Shown piece after piece: positions 44,685-54,541 of a stretch of 64,000 nt of DNA. Origin of the DNA: an uncultured Candidatus Binatia bacterium (GTDB taxonomy: Bacteria > Desulfobacterota > Binatia > UBA9968 > JAJDTQ01); assembly GCA_965242525.1 (NCBI GenBank), contig OZ251459.1:1184001-1248000 (forward strand), in the 5' to 3' direction. The first letter of the stretch is position 1. Each line of letters starts with the position of its first letter. Made by a program: the position numbers and the translations under genes. A model generated the notes under the pieces. The model searched no databases. It was not told where the DNA came from and saw only the letters and a program-made list of their open reading frames with translations.

Positions 44685-46415
44685 CTAAGGTTCTTCGTAC
44701 TCCGTGCCGAACGCACCGATGATGCGCAGGGCATCGTTCGCGTCCGCAGCGGTGGACCCGGTGAACGTCCCCGCAGCCCAATATACCGTAGAGCCGCCCC
44801 CGAGGATCCGGACGCTCCAGTTGCCGGCCAGGCTGCGATCTCCCGCCGTGCCGCCGGTACTTCCTCGGAAGATCACGTCGCTGCCGGGTATGGTCGCGCC
44901 ATTGTTGTTGTTCAAGTTCAACGTCCAATCGCCGAGGGATTCCCCGTTCTCCATGAAATCGGTGACGCTTCCGCTCATGGAGACGTTGCCGCCGCCGGCG
45001 TTCCTGAGCTGAATGACGGTACTTGCGGTGAAGGAACCGACCTCTGCGCTTTCCAGCATACGATCGCCGCCCGAGCCGCTGTAGCGGGCCGTCGTATAGA
45101 GACCGGTCGCCGGACCTTCGTACCGGGCCGTCAGCGCGAACGTATTGACCCCGAGCCTGGCCCACCGGGTCCATGAGCTGCCGGTCGCGAAGACTCCCAG
45201 GTTGTACTCGGTACTGGCGGCGTCGGGGTCCTCGGGCAACGCCAGCCATGACCCGATGAGCAGGTAGTGGTTTCGGAAGGCAAGAGTCGGGTCAGGCTCC
45301 TTGATGTTCGAATGGACCACCGCGCGCACGGTCTTTCCGCCAGGGACGTCCTTGCCCAGTGCCGCGCCGTTCCAACCGGTTCCAAGGTTGGGGACCCCAC
45401 GGCGACCGTCAACCGGGAGCCGGCCGGGGTCCGCGCCCAATTCACTGGGGTCGAGGCTGCTGAACGCCGTGGTTCCCAACTCCAGCCCCAACGTCGGCGC
45501 GGGGCCGGCGGTCCAGCTTGCGGACGGCGTCACCGACGGCTCGGTGGCCAGAGTGCTGTGCACCTGGACGCCGGCCCTTCCCGCGGAACCCGTGGTGGTG
45601 AGCATGGAGTTGAGGACGCCGCCCGTCAGCAGCCTCCCTTCGAGACCTCTGGCGTGGGCTCCGTCCGAAGTCCCATCGGGACCGTTGTTGGCCTGCCACA
45701 CCAACTCGTTGCTCGTGGTCAGGACATAGAGCATGCCGCCCGTCGCTTCGGCCGTGTCGTACTCCCCAACGGTGACCACGACGCAGTCTTCGCCGTCGAA
45801 CGGGCACACGAGGGCAGAGCTCCTGCCCCTGGAATAGCCCGTTATCTCCAGGCTCTCGCCCGCAGGGATGGTCGTGCCCGCAGTCAGCGTATGGCCGATC
45901 GGCAGGTACAGGGTGGTGTACGTCGCGACCGTGGGCGCGCCGCCCGTGGATTCGGCGCCGTCCGCGGTAAGGGTGACCACGCAGTCTTCGCCGTCGGGCG
46001 GACACGCGACCTCCGTCCTCGTGTCGAAGGTTCGGTGAACCGTCCGTCTCTCGCCCGCCGGGATCGTGCCCGCCATCAGCGTATGACTACTGGGCAGCCC
46101 CTCTATGGGGGTGTAGGTCACGACCGTGGGCGTGCCGCCGGTCGATTGGGCGGCCCCGTCCGGCCCAACGGTGACCACGCAGTCCGGGCCATCGGCCGGG
46201 CACGTGACCTCCGTCCTCGTGCCGTCGGCGTTCCGAACCGTCCTCGTCCTACCCGCAGGGATGGCGCCCGGCTCCAGCATAATGCCCCCGGGCAGTCCCT
46301 CTATGGTCATCGGCGTGGGCGGTGCAACCGTCTTGCCGCCGCCGCAGCCGACGAGGGCCGCGATCACCAGGGCGCTTGCAAGGATCGACACGGAGTGGGC
46401 CATGACTCGTCTCAT
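44685..46415 (-). CDS. Surface lipoprotein with three Cys-containing repeats and a TbpB-like C-terminal beta-barrel
   Basis: Lipobox LVG-C24; GAGAGGAGG RBS; about 66-aa repeats each with CPxDGxDCVV; ARYEGPATGLY, GSFTA, SGSVTDF, GTF, IGAFG. Confidence 0.72.
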   Translation of the reverse strand: MRRVMAHSVSILASALVIAALVGCGGGKTVAPPTPMTIEGLPGGIMLEPGAIPAGRTRTVRNADGTRTEVTCPADGPDCVVTVGPDGAAQSTGGTPTVVTYTPIEGLPSSHTLMAGTIPAGERRTVHRTFDTRTEVACPPDGEDCVVTLTADGAESTGGAPTVATYTTLYLPIGHTLTAGTTIPAGESLEITGYSRGRSSALVCPFDGEDCVVVTVGEYDTAEATGGMLYVLTTSNELVWQANNGPDGTSDGAHARGLEGRLLTGGVLNSMLTTTGSAGRAGVQVHSTLATEPSVTPSASWTAGPAPTLGLELGTTAFSSLDPSELGADPGRLPVDGRRGVPNLGTGWNGAALGKDVPGGKTVRAVVHSNIKEPDPTLAFRNHYLLIGSWLALPEDPDAASTEYNLGVFATGSSWTRWARLGVNTFALTARYEGPATGLYTTARYSGSGGDRMLESAEVGSFTASTVIQLRNAGGGNVSMSGSVTDFMENGESLGDWTLNLNNNNGATIPGSDVIFRGSTGGTAGDRSLAGNWSVRILGGGSTVYWAAGTFTGSTAADANDALRIIGAFGTEYEEP

Positions 46416-46634
46416 GTGAAGCCTCCTCTCAGGTCAACCCGAAGTTCCCTGGGTCGAACGGGAGCATACCTTCCCCAACCCGTCGAGACTTCTACACCAG
46501 GTTCCGGCACGCTGACAAGGTCTGACTTTGGAGCGTTCGCGAGTGTGTGGTTGTCGGCGATTGCATGGCAGCGGGAGGATGAGGAGGGTATCCGCTTCTC
46601 CTTTGGCGGTGGATACGGGGCGCCCGGCAGCGCG

Positions 46635-47111
46635 TCAGTCCTGCCGGGGAAGCCGCTGGTACCGGCCCTTGAAGAAGAGCAGCGGACGGTCCCCCGCGGC
46701 CTGCGCGTGGAGGACCCGACCGAGGTAGATGGTGTGATCGCCGCCGTCGTAGGCATGGCTGACGGCGCACTCGATGTGTCCGATGGTCTCGTCCAGCAGC
46801 GGGATCCCGTTGCCGCTCATGCGCCACGGCGTGTCCTGGAACTTCTCGATGCCCTTGGTGGCGAAGCGGTTGGCCAGGTGCTCCTGGTGCTCGCCGAGCA
46901 GGTTGACGGCGAACACCCGCGAGTCCTCGAAGCAGTCGTAGCAGTTGGCCTTCTTGTCGATGCAGACCAGCACCAGCGGCGGGTCCAGGGACAGGGAGGA
47001 GAACGCGTTGGCGGTGATGCCCGTGGGGACTCCGGCCTTGTCCTTGGTGGTCACGATGGTCACGCCGGTGGCGAAGTGGCCCATCACGTGCCGGATCTCG
47101 CGGGCGTCCAT
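46635..47111 (-). CDS. Flavin reductase family protein
   Basis: MGHFATGVTIVT, SLSLDPPLVL, GGDHTI, PLLFFKGRY. Confidence 0.93.
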   Translation of the reverse strand: MDAREIRHVMGHFATGVTIVTTKDKAGVPTGITANAFSSLSLDPPLVLVCIDKKANCYDCFEDSRVFAVNLLGEHQEHLANRFATKGIEKFQDTPWRMSGNGIPLLDETIGHIECAVSHAYDGGDHTIYLGRVLHAQAAGDRPLLFFKGRYQRLPRQD

Positions 47112-47200
47112 GCTGCACGGGGTAACAGACGAGGCGACGCCGTGTCAATCGCCGCGGAGCGCGGCCGCCCCCAGCCCGGGCGCCGCGGGAAGCACCGTCC

Positions 47201-47641
47201 TCAACCGTCGAGTTCCGGCTTCGGCAGCATCATGTAGGGGACGTCGTCGTCGTCGAGGGCTTCCCGCTCTTCCGCGGTGGCGGTGCCGTAGATGGGCCGC
47301 TGGCGGGCCTCGCCGTCGTGGATCCGGCGCGCCTCGTCCGCGAAACCCACGCCCACGTCGTCGAAGTTCTTGCGGATGTAGTGGTGGGCGCGGATGAGGG
47401 TTTCCTTCAACTGCTCCGGCGTGGGCGCAGCCTGCTTCCGGTCCTGCCGGGCCGGGGGCGCAGGCGCGGCCTCCTTCTTCTTGTGGACCGCGCAGGTGTG
47501 GGGCAGCTTGGTAATCTCGGTGGAGGCGCACACCGGGCAGGCGATCCGGCTCTGGGCCAGTTGCTCCCGATAGTTCTCGGGCCCCGAGAACCACCCCTCG
47601 AAACCGTGGTCGTTGTCACATATGAGATCGTAAATGACCAT
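47201..47641 (-). CDS. DUF1178 family protein
   Basis: YDLIC..DHGFEGWF, CPVC, VG..FADEARRIH.GE...RPIYGTAT. Confidence 0.9.
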   Translation of the reverse strand: MVIYDLICDNDHGFEGWFSGPENYREQLAQSRIACPVCASTEITKLPHTCAVHKKKEAAPAPPARQDRKQAAPTPEQLKETLIRAHHYIRKNFDDVGVGFADEARRIHDGEARQRPIYGTATAEEREALDDDDVPYMMLPKPELDG

Positions 47642-47682
47642 GCGATCACCTGTTTCGAAGGTAACCCCGAGCGACCCCGAAG

Positions 47683-48495
47683 TCAAGCCAGCAGGAAGCG
47701 GGTGACCACCTCCACGAACTCGTCCAGCTCTTCGATCTGCGGTTCATGGGCCGAATGACGGAACCGGTGCACCCGGGATCCCGGCACGATGCGCCGGAGC
47801 CGCTGGTCCCAGTCCGGCTGGTTGAGGGGGTCGTGGTCGCAGGACAGGATGAGCAACGGCGTTTCCACCGAAGACAGCCGCCGCACGAACTCGTCCGTAG
47901 CGTTTACCCTCCGGTATCCGGGCGGTCTCAGCCTGGCCGCGGACAAGGCTTCCCAGTGGCCCGGCATGACCGAGTCGGCGTAGCGCTTCTCCACGGTTTC
48001 CGGGGTGAGCCACTTGGGGTCGTGGAACAGCAGGCCCAGCAGCTTGCGCATGTTCTCCGGGCTCGGCGTGTAGTCTTCCACGTCCGCCTGGGAAGCGCTC
48101 TTGAAGATCCCCGCGTTGCCGCAGACCGTGACCATCTTCTTCATCCGCAGGGGCGGCGGCTCCCGCACCGCGCTCCTCAGCAGGACCCCGCCGCCGGCCG
48201 AATTGCCCACGAAAAAGGCGTCCCCCACGTCCAGCGCCTTCAACAGCGCGGCGATGTGGGCCATGCGGAACCCGGCAGGGTCGGAGAAGCTGTAGATCTT
48301 GGCAGTGCGGCCGTAACCCAACATGTCCGGCGCGACCACGCGGAACCGTTCCGCCAGCCGCGCCATGGCCGGACCCCAGGTCGCTTCCGCGGAGGCGCCG
48401 TACTCGCCCCCGTGGAGCAACACCAGGTCCGGCCCCTCCCCCACTTCCAGGAAGCGGGTCTCGATGCCTTCCACCCGAAGAGTCCTGTGCTGCAT
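47683..48495 (-). CDS. Alpha/beta hydrolase (meta-cleavage product hydrolase-like)
   Basis: LLHGG, PDMLGYG, VGNSAGG nucleophile elbow, SAHEPQIE. Confidence 0.88.
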   Translation of the reverse strand: MQHRTLRVEGIETRFLEVGEGPDLVLLHGGEYGASAEATWGPAMARLAERFRVVAPDMLGYGRTAKIYSFSDPAGFRMAHIAALLKALDVGDAFFVGNSAGGGVLLRSAVREPPPLRMKKMVTVCGNAGIFKSASQADVEDYTPSPENMRKLLGLLFHDPKWLTPETVEKRYADSVMPGHWEALSAARLRPPGYRRVNATDEFVRRLSSVETPLLILSCDHDPLNQPDWDQRLRRIVPGSRVHRFRHSAHEPQIEELDEFVEVVTRFLLA

Positions 48496-48592
48496 GGTTC
48501 CGCTCCCGTCTCCCCTGTCCCTTCAGTCCTCCGTGCGCCCGGGGCGCCGCGGCAGAGCCACCCGGGAAGCAGGCGTCACGGACGCCCCCTCC

Positions 48593-48638
48593 GTCGTTCC
48601 CGCGAAAGCATGTCCCCGCGGAAGCGGGGCGGGAACCC
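48593..48638 (+). repeat. REP-like repeat, family B (GTCRTTCCCGCGAAAGC...GGGAAYCC) with internal insertion
   Basis: Shares the GTCRTTCCCGCGAAAG core with 62616-62690. Confidence 0.65.
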
Positions 48639-48640
48639 GG

Positions 48641-50257
48641 TCACCACCCCAGGGCGTACCCGTCCCTGCGGGGGTCCGCGGCGGCGAGCAACACGCCGGT
48701 GCGGGGGTCCCGGGCGATGAGGGCCGCGCCGCCGAAGGACCAGGGGGCCGCCACCGAGACCGGGTGCCCCCTGTCCCTGAGCCCCTGCACCACCTCCTCC
48801 GGGAAACCGCGTTCCAGGCGCAGCTCTTCCGGGCCGCCGACGTTGGGATGCGTGCCGGGCCGATGGCTCCACCGGGGCGCTTCCAGGGCGCATTGCGGGT
48901 CCATGCCGCGGTCCAGCAGCCGGTGCAGCACCTGTGCGTTGGTCTGGGGCTGGTCGTCGGCCCCGGGGGTGCCGCCCACCGCGAGGAACTCGCCCCGGTG
49001 GAACACCATGTAGGAGTTGAGTGTGTGCGCCGGCCTCTTGCCGGGGACCAGGGCGTTGGCGGCATCGGGGTCCAGCACGCACCCGCACAGGCGGTTGTTC
49101 ATCACCACCCCGGTGTCGCCGGCCACCACCCGGGACCCGAACGCGGCGAAGACGCTCTGGATGAGGGACACCACGTTGCCGTCGCCGTCGGCCACGCACA
49201 GGTAGGTGGTGTCCCCGCCCCGGGACGGCGGCGACGACGCCACCGGCGCGGCGGTGGGCCCGATGAGTCGCCGGCGCCGCTCCGCGTGCTCCTTGCCGAT
49301 GAGCCGCTCCACTTCCGGGTCGTGGAAACGGGGGTCGCCCAGGCGCAGGTTGCGGTCCTCGAAGGCGAGCTTCTTGGCCTCCACCATGACGTGGACCAGC
49401 TCCGGGGGACTCAACTCGGCCCACTCGTACCCTTCCAGCAGGTTCATGATCTCCAGGACCATGAACCCCTGGGACACGGGCGGCTGCTCCAGCAGCTCGT
49501 AGCCCCGGTAGTCGGCGCCCAGGGGCTCCAGCCACTCGAAGAACTCCCCTTGCAGGTCCGCCTCTTCGAGCAGGCCGCCCCGGGCCTGCACGCCCGCGCA
49601 CAGCCGCGCCGCCACCTCCCCGCGGTAGAAGGCGTCGCGTCCGCCCGAGGCAACAGCCTCCAGCGTGCGCGCCAACTCCGGCTGCCGCAGCGTCCGCCCG
49701 GGCCTCAGGTCCTCCAGCGGCCGGCGGAAGCAGTCATGGATGTCGGACCCCGGCGGCCCGTGCTCCTCGATGGAGCCGGCCAGGGCCGGGTAGAGGGGAA
49801 AGCCGTCCCGCGCCAGCGCGACGGCGTCGGCGCAGACTTCCGCCAACTCCAGCACGCCGTAGCGCCGGTGGAGCTCCAGCCAGCCGTCCACCGCCCCGGG
49901 GACCGCGACGCTCAAGGGGCCCGCGGTAGGGATGGCCTCCAGGCCGCGGCCCCGGAAGTAGTCGATGGTGGCCTTGCCCGGGGCCGGTCCGCTGGCGTTG
50001 AGGGCGGCGACCTTCCCTTCCTCCTTCATGTACACCAGCGAGAACAGGTCGCCCCCCAGGCCGCATGCCTCGTGCTTGACCACCGCCAGCACGAACCCCG
50101 CGGCCACCGCGGCGTCCACCGCGTTTCCCCCCCGCCGCAGCATCTCCAGCCCGGAGGCGGAAGCCAGCGCGTGGCCCGAGGCGATGACTCCCCTGCGGCC
50201 CATGACCAGGGGCCGCGCGGCCTTGCCGTAGCGGATCTCGTGTGCGCCGTCTGCCAT
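48641..50257 (-). CDS. ggt: Gamma-glutamyltransferase family (Ntn hydrolase)
   Basis: GGNAVDAAVA, GLGGD, VPGAVDGW, autocleavage GDTTY, KRPAHTL, GTPGAD.QPQ, ADPRRDG. Confidence 0.92.
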   Translation of the reverse strand: MADGAHEIRYGKAARPLVMGRRGVIASGHALASASGLEMLRRGGNAVDAAVAAGFVLAVVKHEACGLGGDLFSLVYMKEEGKVAALNASGPAPGKATIDYFRGRGLEAIPTAGPLSVAVPGAVDGWLELHRRYGVLELAEVCADAVALARDGFPLYPALAGSIEEHGPPGSDIHDCFRRPLEDLRPGRTLRQPELARTLEAVASGGRDAFYRGEVAARLCAGVQARGGLLEEADLQGEFFEWLEPLGADYRGYELLEQPPVSQGFMVLEIMNLLEGYEWAELSPPELVHVMVEAKKLAFEDRNLRLGDPRFHDPEVERLIGKEHAERRRRLIGPTAAPVASSPPSRGGDTTYLCVADGDGNVVSLIQSVFAAFGSRVVAGDTGVVMNNRLCGCVLDPDAANALVPGKRPAHTLNSYMVFHRGEFLAVGGTPGADDQPQTNAQVLHRLLDRGMDPQCALEAPRWSHRPGTHPNVGGPEELRLERGFPEEVVQGLRDRGHPVSVAAPWSFGGAALIARDPRTGVLLAAADPRRDGYALGW

Positions 50258-50316
50258 GACCCATCCTTTCCGACGAAGCTTTCCCGCCAGGGGAAACCCG
50301 GAACGATTCCGGGGCG

Positions 50317-51342
50317 CTACCGGTCGCCGATCCCCAGTATCCGGGCGGCGGTGCCTCCGAGTATCCGCTCCCGGTCCTCCGCGGGCAGCCCCAGTTCGTC
50401 GATGGCCCGGAGGCTGTTCCTGACGAACGCGCACCCGCCCTCGGGGCCGTAGGGGTAGTTGGTGCCGAACACCATTTGTCCGGGGCCGAAGAAGTCCATG
50501 ACGCACCGGAGCGTGCTCGCGGGGTGGTCCGCGGTGTCCACGAAGAAGCGCCGGAAGGAGTCCAGGGGGTTCTCCCTGAGGCCGTAGCGCTCCCGCATCT
50601 CGCGGGTCCTGCCCGTATAGATGTTGACGGCCCGTTGCCCGAAGAAGGCCAGCACCCCGCCCACGTCCGCCACCACGAAGGGCAACGTGGGGAACCGCTC
50701 CAGCACCCGGCCATACACCAGCCGGGTCATGGCCACGGTGCTGTCGAAGGCCCAGCCGTAGATCAGCACGGGCATGATGTCCAGCCCCACCGCCTCGGTG
50801 GCCAGCGGCGCGGTGGGATGGATGTACACGGGCATGCCGTACTCCGCGAGCTTCTCGTAGATGGGGAAGAACCCCTCGTGGTCCAGCGGGCGGCCGTCGA
50901 GGTTGGAGAAACAGCCGAAACCCCGGAGCCCCAGGTCGTTGCGGGCGCGGTCGAGCTCCTCCAGGGACGCCGGAACGGAGGAGGTGGGCAGCGTGGCCAG
51001 CCCCACGAAGCGGTGGGGATGCCGGTTGCACATGCGCGCCAGGGCGTCGTTGGCCACCCGCGCCAAGTGCACGGCGTCGTCCTGGTCGTAGCGGTCGGCG
51101 CCGGGCGCGGGGATGCTCACCACCTGCACGTCCACGCCCTGCCGGTCCATGTGCTCCAGCCGCCGGTCCACGTCCCGGCCCTCGAAGATGGCCGTGTTGA
51201 TGCGGCACGCGAGCTTCCGGTCGTAGAGGTACGACATGCCGCTGTAGGGGTCCGGCGGCTCCAGCACCACGTTCCCGTCCCGCTGGCGCATGGCGTCCAT
51301 GTAGGTCTCGGGAAAGACGTGGCTCTGGAAATCGACGATCAT
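50317..51342 (-). CDS. Amidohydrolase 2 family protein (ACMSD-like decarboxylase/hydratase)
   Basis: VDFQSH, YIHP, RFFVDT, FGTNYPY, ILGGTAARI. Confidence 0.88.
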   Translation of the reverse strand: MIVDFQSHVFPETYMDAMRQRDGNVVLEPPDPYSGMSYLYDRKLACRINTAIFEGRDVDRRLEHMDRQGVDVQVVSIPAPGADRYDQDDAVHLARVANDALARMCNRHPHRFVGLATLPTSSVPASLEELDRARNDLGLRGFGCFSNLDGRPLDHEGFFPIYEKLAEYGMPVYIHPTAPLATEAVGLDIMPVLIYGWAFDSTVAMTRLVYGRVLERFPTLPFVVADVGGVLAFFGQRAVNIYTGRTREMRERYGLRENPLDSFRRFFVDTADHPASTLRCVMDFFGPGQMVFGTNYPYGPEGGCAFVRNSLRAIDELGLPAEDRERILGGTAARILGIGDR

Positions 51343-51542
51343 GGGACGAGGCGCGGAAGGGTTGGGGGGAGCTGCTCCCTGACGGTCTTCGACCCCACCG
51401 AGGCGCCGCAGCGCTGGCAACTGTAGTCGTAGAGGTCGCCGTCGGGGAGGACCAGCAGCAGCCGCTCGCGCACCGGCATGGCCCGACCGCACTTGTCGCA
51501 GTAGAGCAGCGACGCCGAAAGGTGCTCGAAGTTCTTCTCCAT
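51339..51542 (-). CDS. Small zinc-ribbon protein (67 aa)
   Basis: LYCDKC...PVRERLLLVLP.G..YDY.CQRCG; stop overlaps next start. Confidence 0.75.
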   Translation of the reverse strand: MEKNFEHLSASLLYCDKCGRAMPVRERLLLVLPDGDLYDYSCQRCGASVGSKTVREQLPPTLPRLVP

Positions 51543-51582
51543 GACGTCACCGGCCGGGCGGCGCAACCGCTCCCCCGCTCCG

Positions 51583-53670
51583 TCAACCCTCCCCGTCGGC
51601 CGCCCCGGACTTGGCCTCGGCCTGCACCTTCTCCATCAGGTGGGGAGGAAGCTCGTCGTAGTGCGAGAACTCCGACTGGAACTCTCCCCTGCCGCTGGTC
51701 ATGGACCGGAGGTCCGACGCGTACCGGAGCACTTCCGCCATGGGCGCCTGCGCCTTGATGACCTGGACGTTGCCTTTGGCGTCCACGCCCAGGACCTTGC
51801 CGCGCCGGCTGTTCAGGTCTCCGATCACGTCCCCCATGCAGTCGTCGGGCACCGCCACCTCCAGGGACATGACCGGCTCCAGGATCACCGGCTTGGCTTT
51901 CTCCATGGCGTTCTTGAAACCCATGGAGGCGGCGATCTTGAACGCCATGTCGGAGGAGTCCACCGCATGGAACGAGCCGTCGTAGAGGGTGGCGCGCACG
52001 TCCATTATCGGGTATCCGGCCAGGTAACCCCCGGCCATGGTCTCGACGATGCCCTTCTCCACCGCGGGGATGTAGTTGCGCGGGATGGCCCCGCCCACGA
52101 TCTTGTCCACGAACTCGAAGCCCTTGCCCCGCTCCAGGGGCTCGAGCTTGAGCCAGGTGTCGCCGTACTGGCCCCTGCCGCCGGACTGCTTCTTGTATTT
52201 CCCCTGGGCGTTGGAGGAAGCCCGGATGGTCTCCCGGTAGGGCACCTTGGGCGCCTTCAGCTCCACTTCCGCGCCGTACTTGCGCTTGAGTTTGTCCACC
52301 ACCACCTCGATGTGGAGCTGGCCCGTGCCCGACAGTATGAACTCGCGCGTCTGCTCGTCCCGGTGCATCCGGATGGAGGGGTCCTCCTCCATCATCCGCT
52401 GGAGGCCTTGGGGGACCTTGTCCTCGTCCGCCCGGGTCCTGGGGGAAAGCGCAAAGGAGATGGACGGGCTGAACTCCACCGGCCTGGGGTACTCGATGGG
52501 GGCGGCCTCGTCGCACAGGGTGTCCCCCGAGGCCACGTCCTTGAGCTTGGCCGCGGCGACGATCTCGCCCACTCCCGCCTCCGACACTTCCTCGTTCCTG
52601 GGACCCTCCGGTCGAAACAGGTGCGTGACCCTCTCCCTGGCCTCCTTGCCGGGGTTATAGACCGTGCTGTCGGCCCGCATGGAGCCGGACAGGACCCGCA
52701 TGATCGACAGCCGGCCGGCGAACGGATCCACGATGGTCTTGAAGACGAACGCCGAGAAAGGACCGTCCGGGGCCTTGGCGCGGGACTCGGCCTCGCCGGT
52801 CACCGGGTTCTTCCCCCGGGCCTCCGCCTCCTCCAGGGGAGACGGCAGCCATTCCACCACGCCGTCGAGGAGCGCCGGGACCCCCGCGCCCCGGGCGGCC
52901 GAGCCGTAGAGGACCGGGAACAGCGCGCCCTCGCGCACGCCGTCGCGCAGCGCCTGCGACAGCTCCTCCGAGGTCAACTCCTGGCCTTCCAGGTATTTCT
53001 CCAGCAGCTCGTCCCGGGTCTCGGCCACGTTCTCCATGAGCTCGACCCTCATTTCCTCGGCCCGTTCCCGCAACTCCCCGGGGACCTCCTCTTCTTTCTC
53101 CCCGCCGTCGCCGTCCGCGCACACCGCCTTCATGCGGATCAGGTCCACCACCCCCCGGAAGGTCTCCCCGTGGCCGATGGGGAGCTGCACGTGGAGGCCC
53201 TTGACCCCCAGGCTCCCGGCGATGGCGTCCACCGCCTCCACCGCCTCGGTCTCCTCCCGGTCCATGCGGTTGACGAAGAGCAGGCGGGGCATCCGGCGCT
53301 CCGCGGCGTAGCCCCACAGCCGCTCGGTCTCCACCCTCAGCCCGGCCCCGGCGTGGAGCACGAAGACCGCGCCGCCGAACCCCTCCAGCGAATGCACCGT
53401 CTCCGGCAGAAAGGTAGCGAAACCGGGCGTGTCCACGAGCATGCACAAGCTCTTCCTCCATTCGAGGGAATGGAAGGCCGCGGAGATGGAGACCTGCCGC
53501 TGGATCTCTTCGGGCTCGTGGTCGAACGCCGAGGCGCCGTCCTCCACCCGGCCCAGGCGGTTGGTGCGGCCCGCGGCGAACAACATGGCCTCGCCCAGGG
53601 ACGTCTTGCCCACCCCCCGGTGCCCCAGCAACCCCACGTTCCGTAACCGGCCGGCTTCGACTGCTGCCAT
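51583..53670 (-). CDS. fusA: Elongation factor G paralog (EF-G2 type)
   Basis: GHRGVGKT, DTPG, KKQSGGRGQYG, DGSFHAVDSSDMAF; RGITI replaced by RQVSI; not in the rpsL-rpsG-tuf context. Confidence 0.9.
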   Translation of the reverse strand: MAAVEAGRLRNVGLLGHRGVGKTSLGEAMLFAAGRTNRLGRVEDGASAFDHEPEEIQRQVSISAAFHSLEWRKSLCMLVDTPGFATFLPETVHSLEGFGGAVFVLHAGAGLRVETERLWGYAAERRMPRLLFVNRMDREETEAVEAVDAIAGSLGVKGLHVQLPIGHGETFRGVVDLIRMKAVCADGDGGEKEEEVPGELRERAEEMRVELMENVAETRDELLEKYLEGQELTSEELSQALRDGVREGALFPVLYGSAARGAGVPALLDGVVEWLPSPLEEAEARGKNPVTGEAESRAKAPDGPFSAFVFKTIVDPFAGRLSIMRVLSGSMRADSTVYNPGKEARERVTHLFRPEGPRNEEVSEAGVGEIVAAAKLKDVASGDTLCDEAAPIEYPRPVEFSPSISFALSPRTRADEDKVPQGLQRMMEEDPSIRMHRDEQTREFILSGTGQLHIEVVVDKLKRKYGAEVELKAPKVPYRETIRASSNAQGKYKKQSGGRGQYGDTWLKLEPLERGKGFEFVDKIVGGAIPRNYIPAVEKGIVETMAGGYLAGYPIMDVRATLYDGSFHAVDSSDMAFKIAASMGFKNAMEKAKPVILEPVMSLEVAVPDDCMGDVIGDLNSRRGKVLGVDAKGNVQVIKAQAPMAEVLRYASDLRSMTSGRGEFQSEFSHYDELPPHLMEKVQAEAKSGAADGEG

Positions 53671-53749
53671 GGATCTACCTCCCTCGAACCGGCCCGTCGG
53701 GGGTCCCGTCCCGCGCCCACCGCGGGCGCCCCGGCGCAGGGCCGGGCCG

Positions 53750-54541
53750 TCAGGCCCTCCGCTTGCGCGACGACGGAGCCGAGTTCTTCTCGTAAATAAG
53801 CCGTAAACCTTCCAACGTCAAGAATTCGTCCACGTCCTCGATGACGTCCGATTCGTGGGCGATGAGGGACGCCACCCCGCCGGTGGCCACCACCCGCGCC
53901 TGCACCCGGGTCTCCCGCCGGATTCGCTGCACGATGCCGTCCACCAGGCCCACGTAGCCGTAGTAGATGCCCGACTGGATCGACTGGACGGTGGACCTGC
54001 CGATGACGCCGGCGGGGCACAGGACCTCCACCCGGGGGAGCTTGGAGGCGCGCTGGAACAGGGCCTCCACCGCGATGACCAGGCCCGGGGCGATGAGGCC
54101 GCCCAGGTACTCCCCGTTGTCGGACACGCAGTCGAACGTGGTGGCGGTGCCGAAGTCGATGACGATGCAGGCCGCATGGAACCGGTCGTAGGCGGCGACG
54201 CCGTTGGCGATGCGGTCCGCGCCCACGTCCTGGGGGCTGTCGTAGAGGATGGGCATGCCGGTCCTGAGGCCCGGCCCCACCAGCAAGGGCTTCACCCCGA
54301 ACAGCTTGCGCCCGAGATCGTCGATCATGCCCACCATGGGCGGCACCACGCAGGAGACGATGATGGCGTCGATGGCGTCGCCGCCGATGCCCTGGGTGGC
54401 GGCGAGCTGGCCGATGAGGGCGCCGTATTCGTCCACCGTGCGTTCCGGCTGGGTCACCAGGCGCCAGTGGGTCAGGAGCTCCCGGCCCCGATAGACTCCC
54501 AGCACCATGTTGCTGTTCCCGATGTCGATGGCCAGCAGCAC
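53750..54541 (-). CDS. coaX: Type III pantothenate kinase
   Basis: LAIDIGNS, VGADR, IDFGTATT, GGLIAPG, ATGG. Confidence 0.96.
   Translation of the reverse strand: MLLAIDIGNSNMVLGVYRGRELLTHWRLVTQPERTVDEYGALIGQLAATQGIGGDAIDAIIVSCVVPPMVGMIDDLGRKLFGVKPLLVGPGLRTGMPILYDSPQDVGADRIANGVAAYDRFHAACIVIDFGTATTFDCVSDNGEYLGGLIAPGLVIAVEALFQRASKLPRVEVLCPAGVIGRSTVQSIQSGIYYGYVGLVDGIVQRIRRETRVQARVVATGGVASLIAHESDVIEDVDEFLTLEGLRLIYEKNSAPSSRKRRA

Noticed and set aside
48641-52516. Apparent 1291-aa GGT fusion (also extended carB 19818-23672, lepB 24794-26026, ccmG 40544-43018)
   Set aside because: The N-terminal extensions are off-frame overlaps of upstream real genes; true starts are internal
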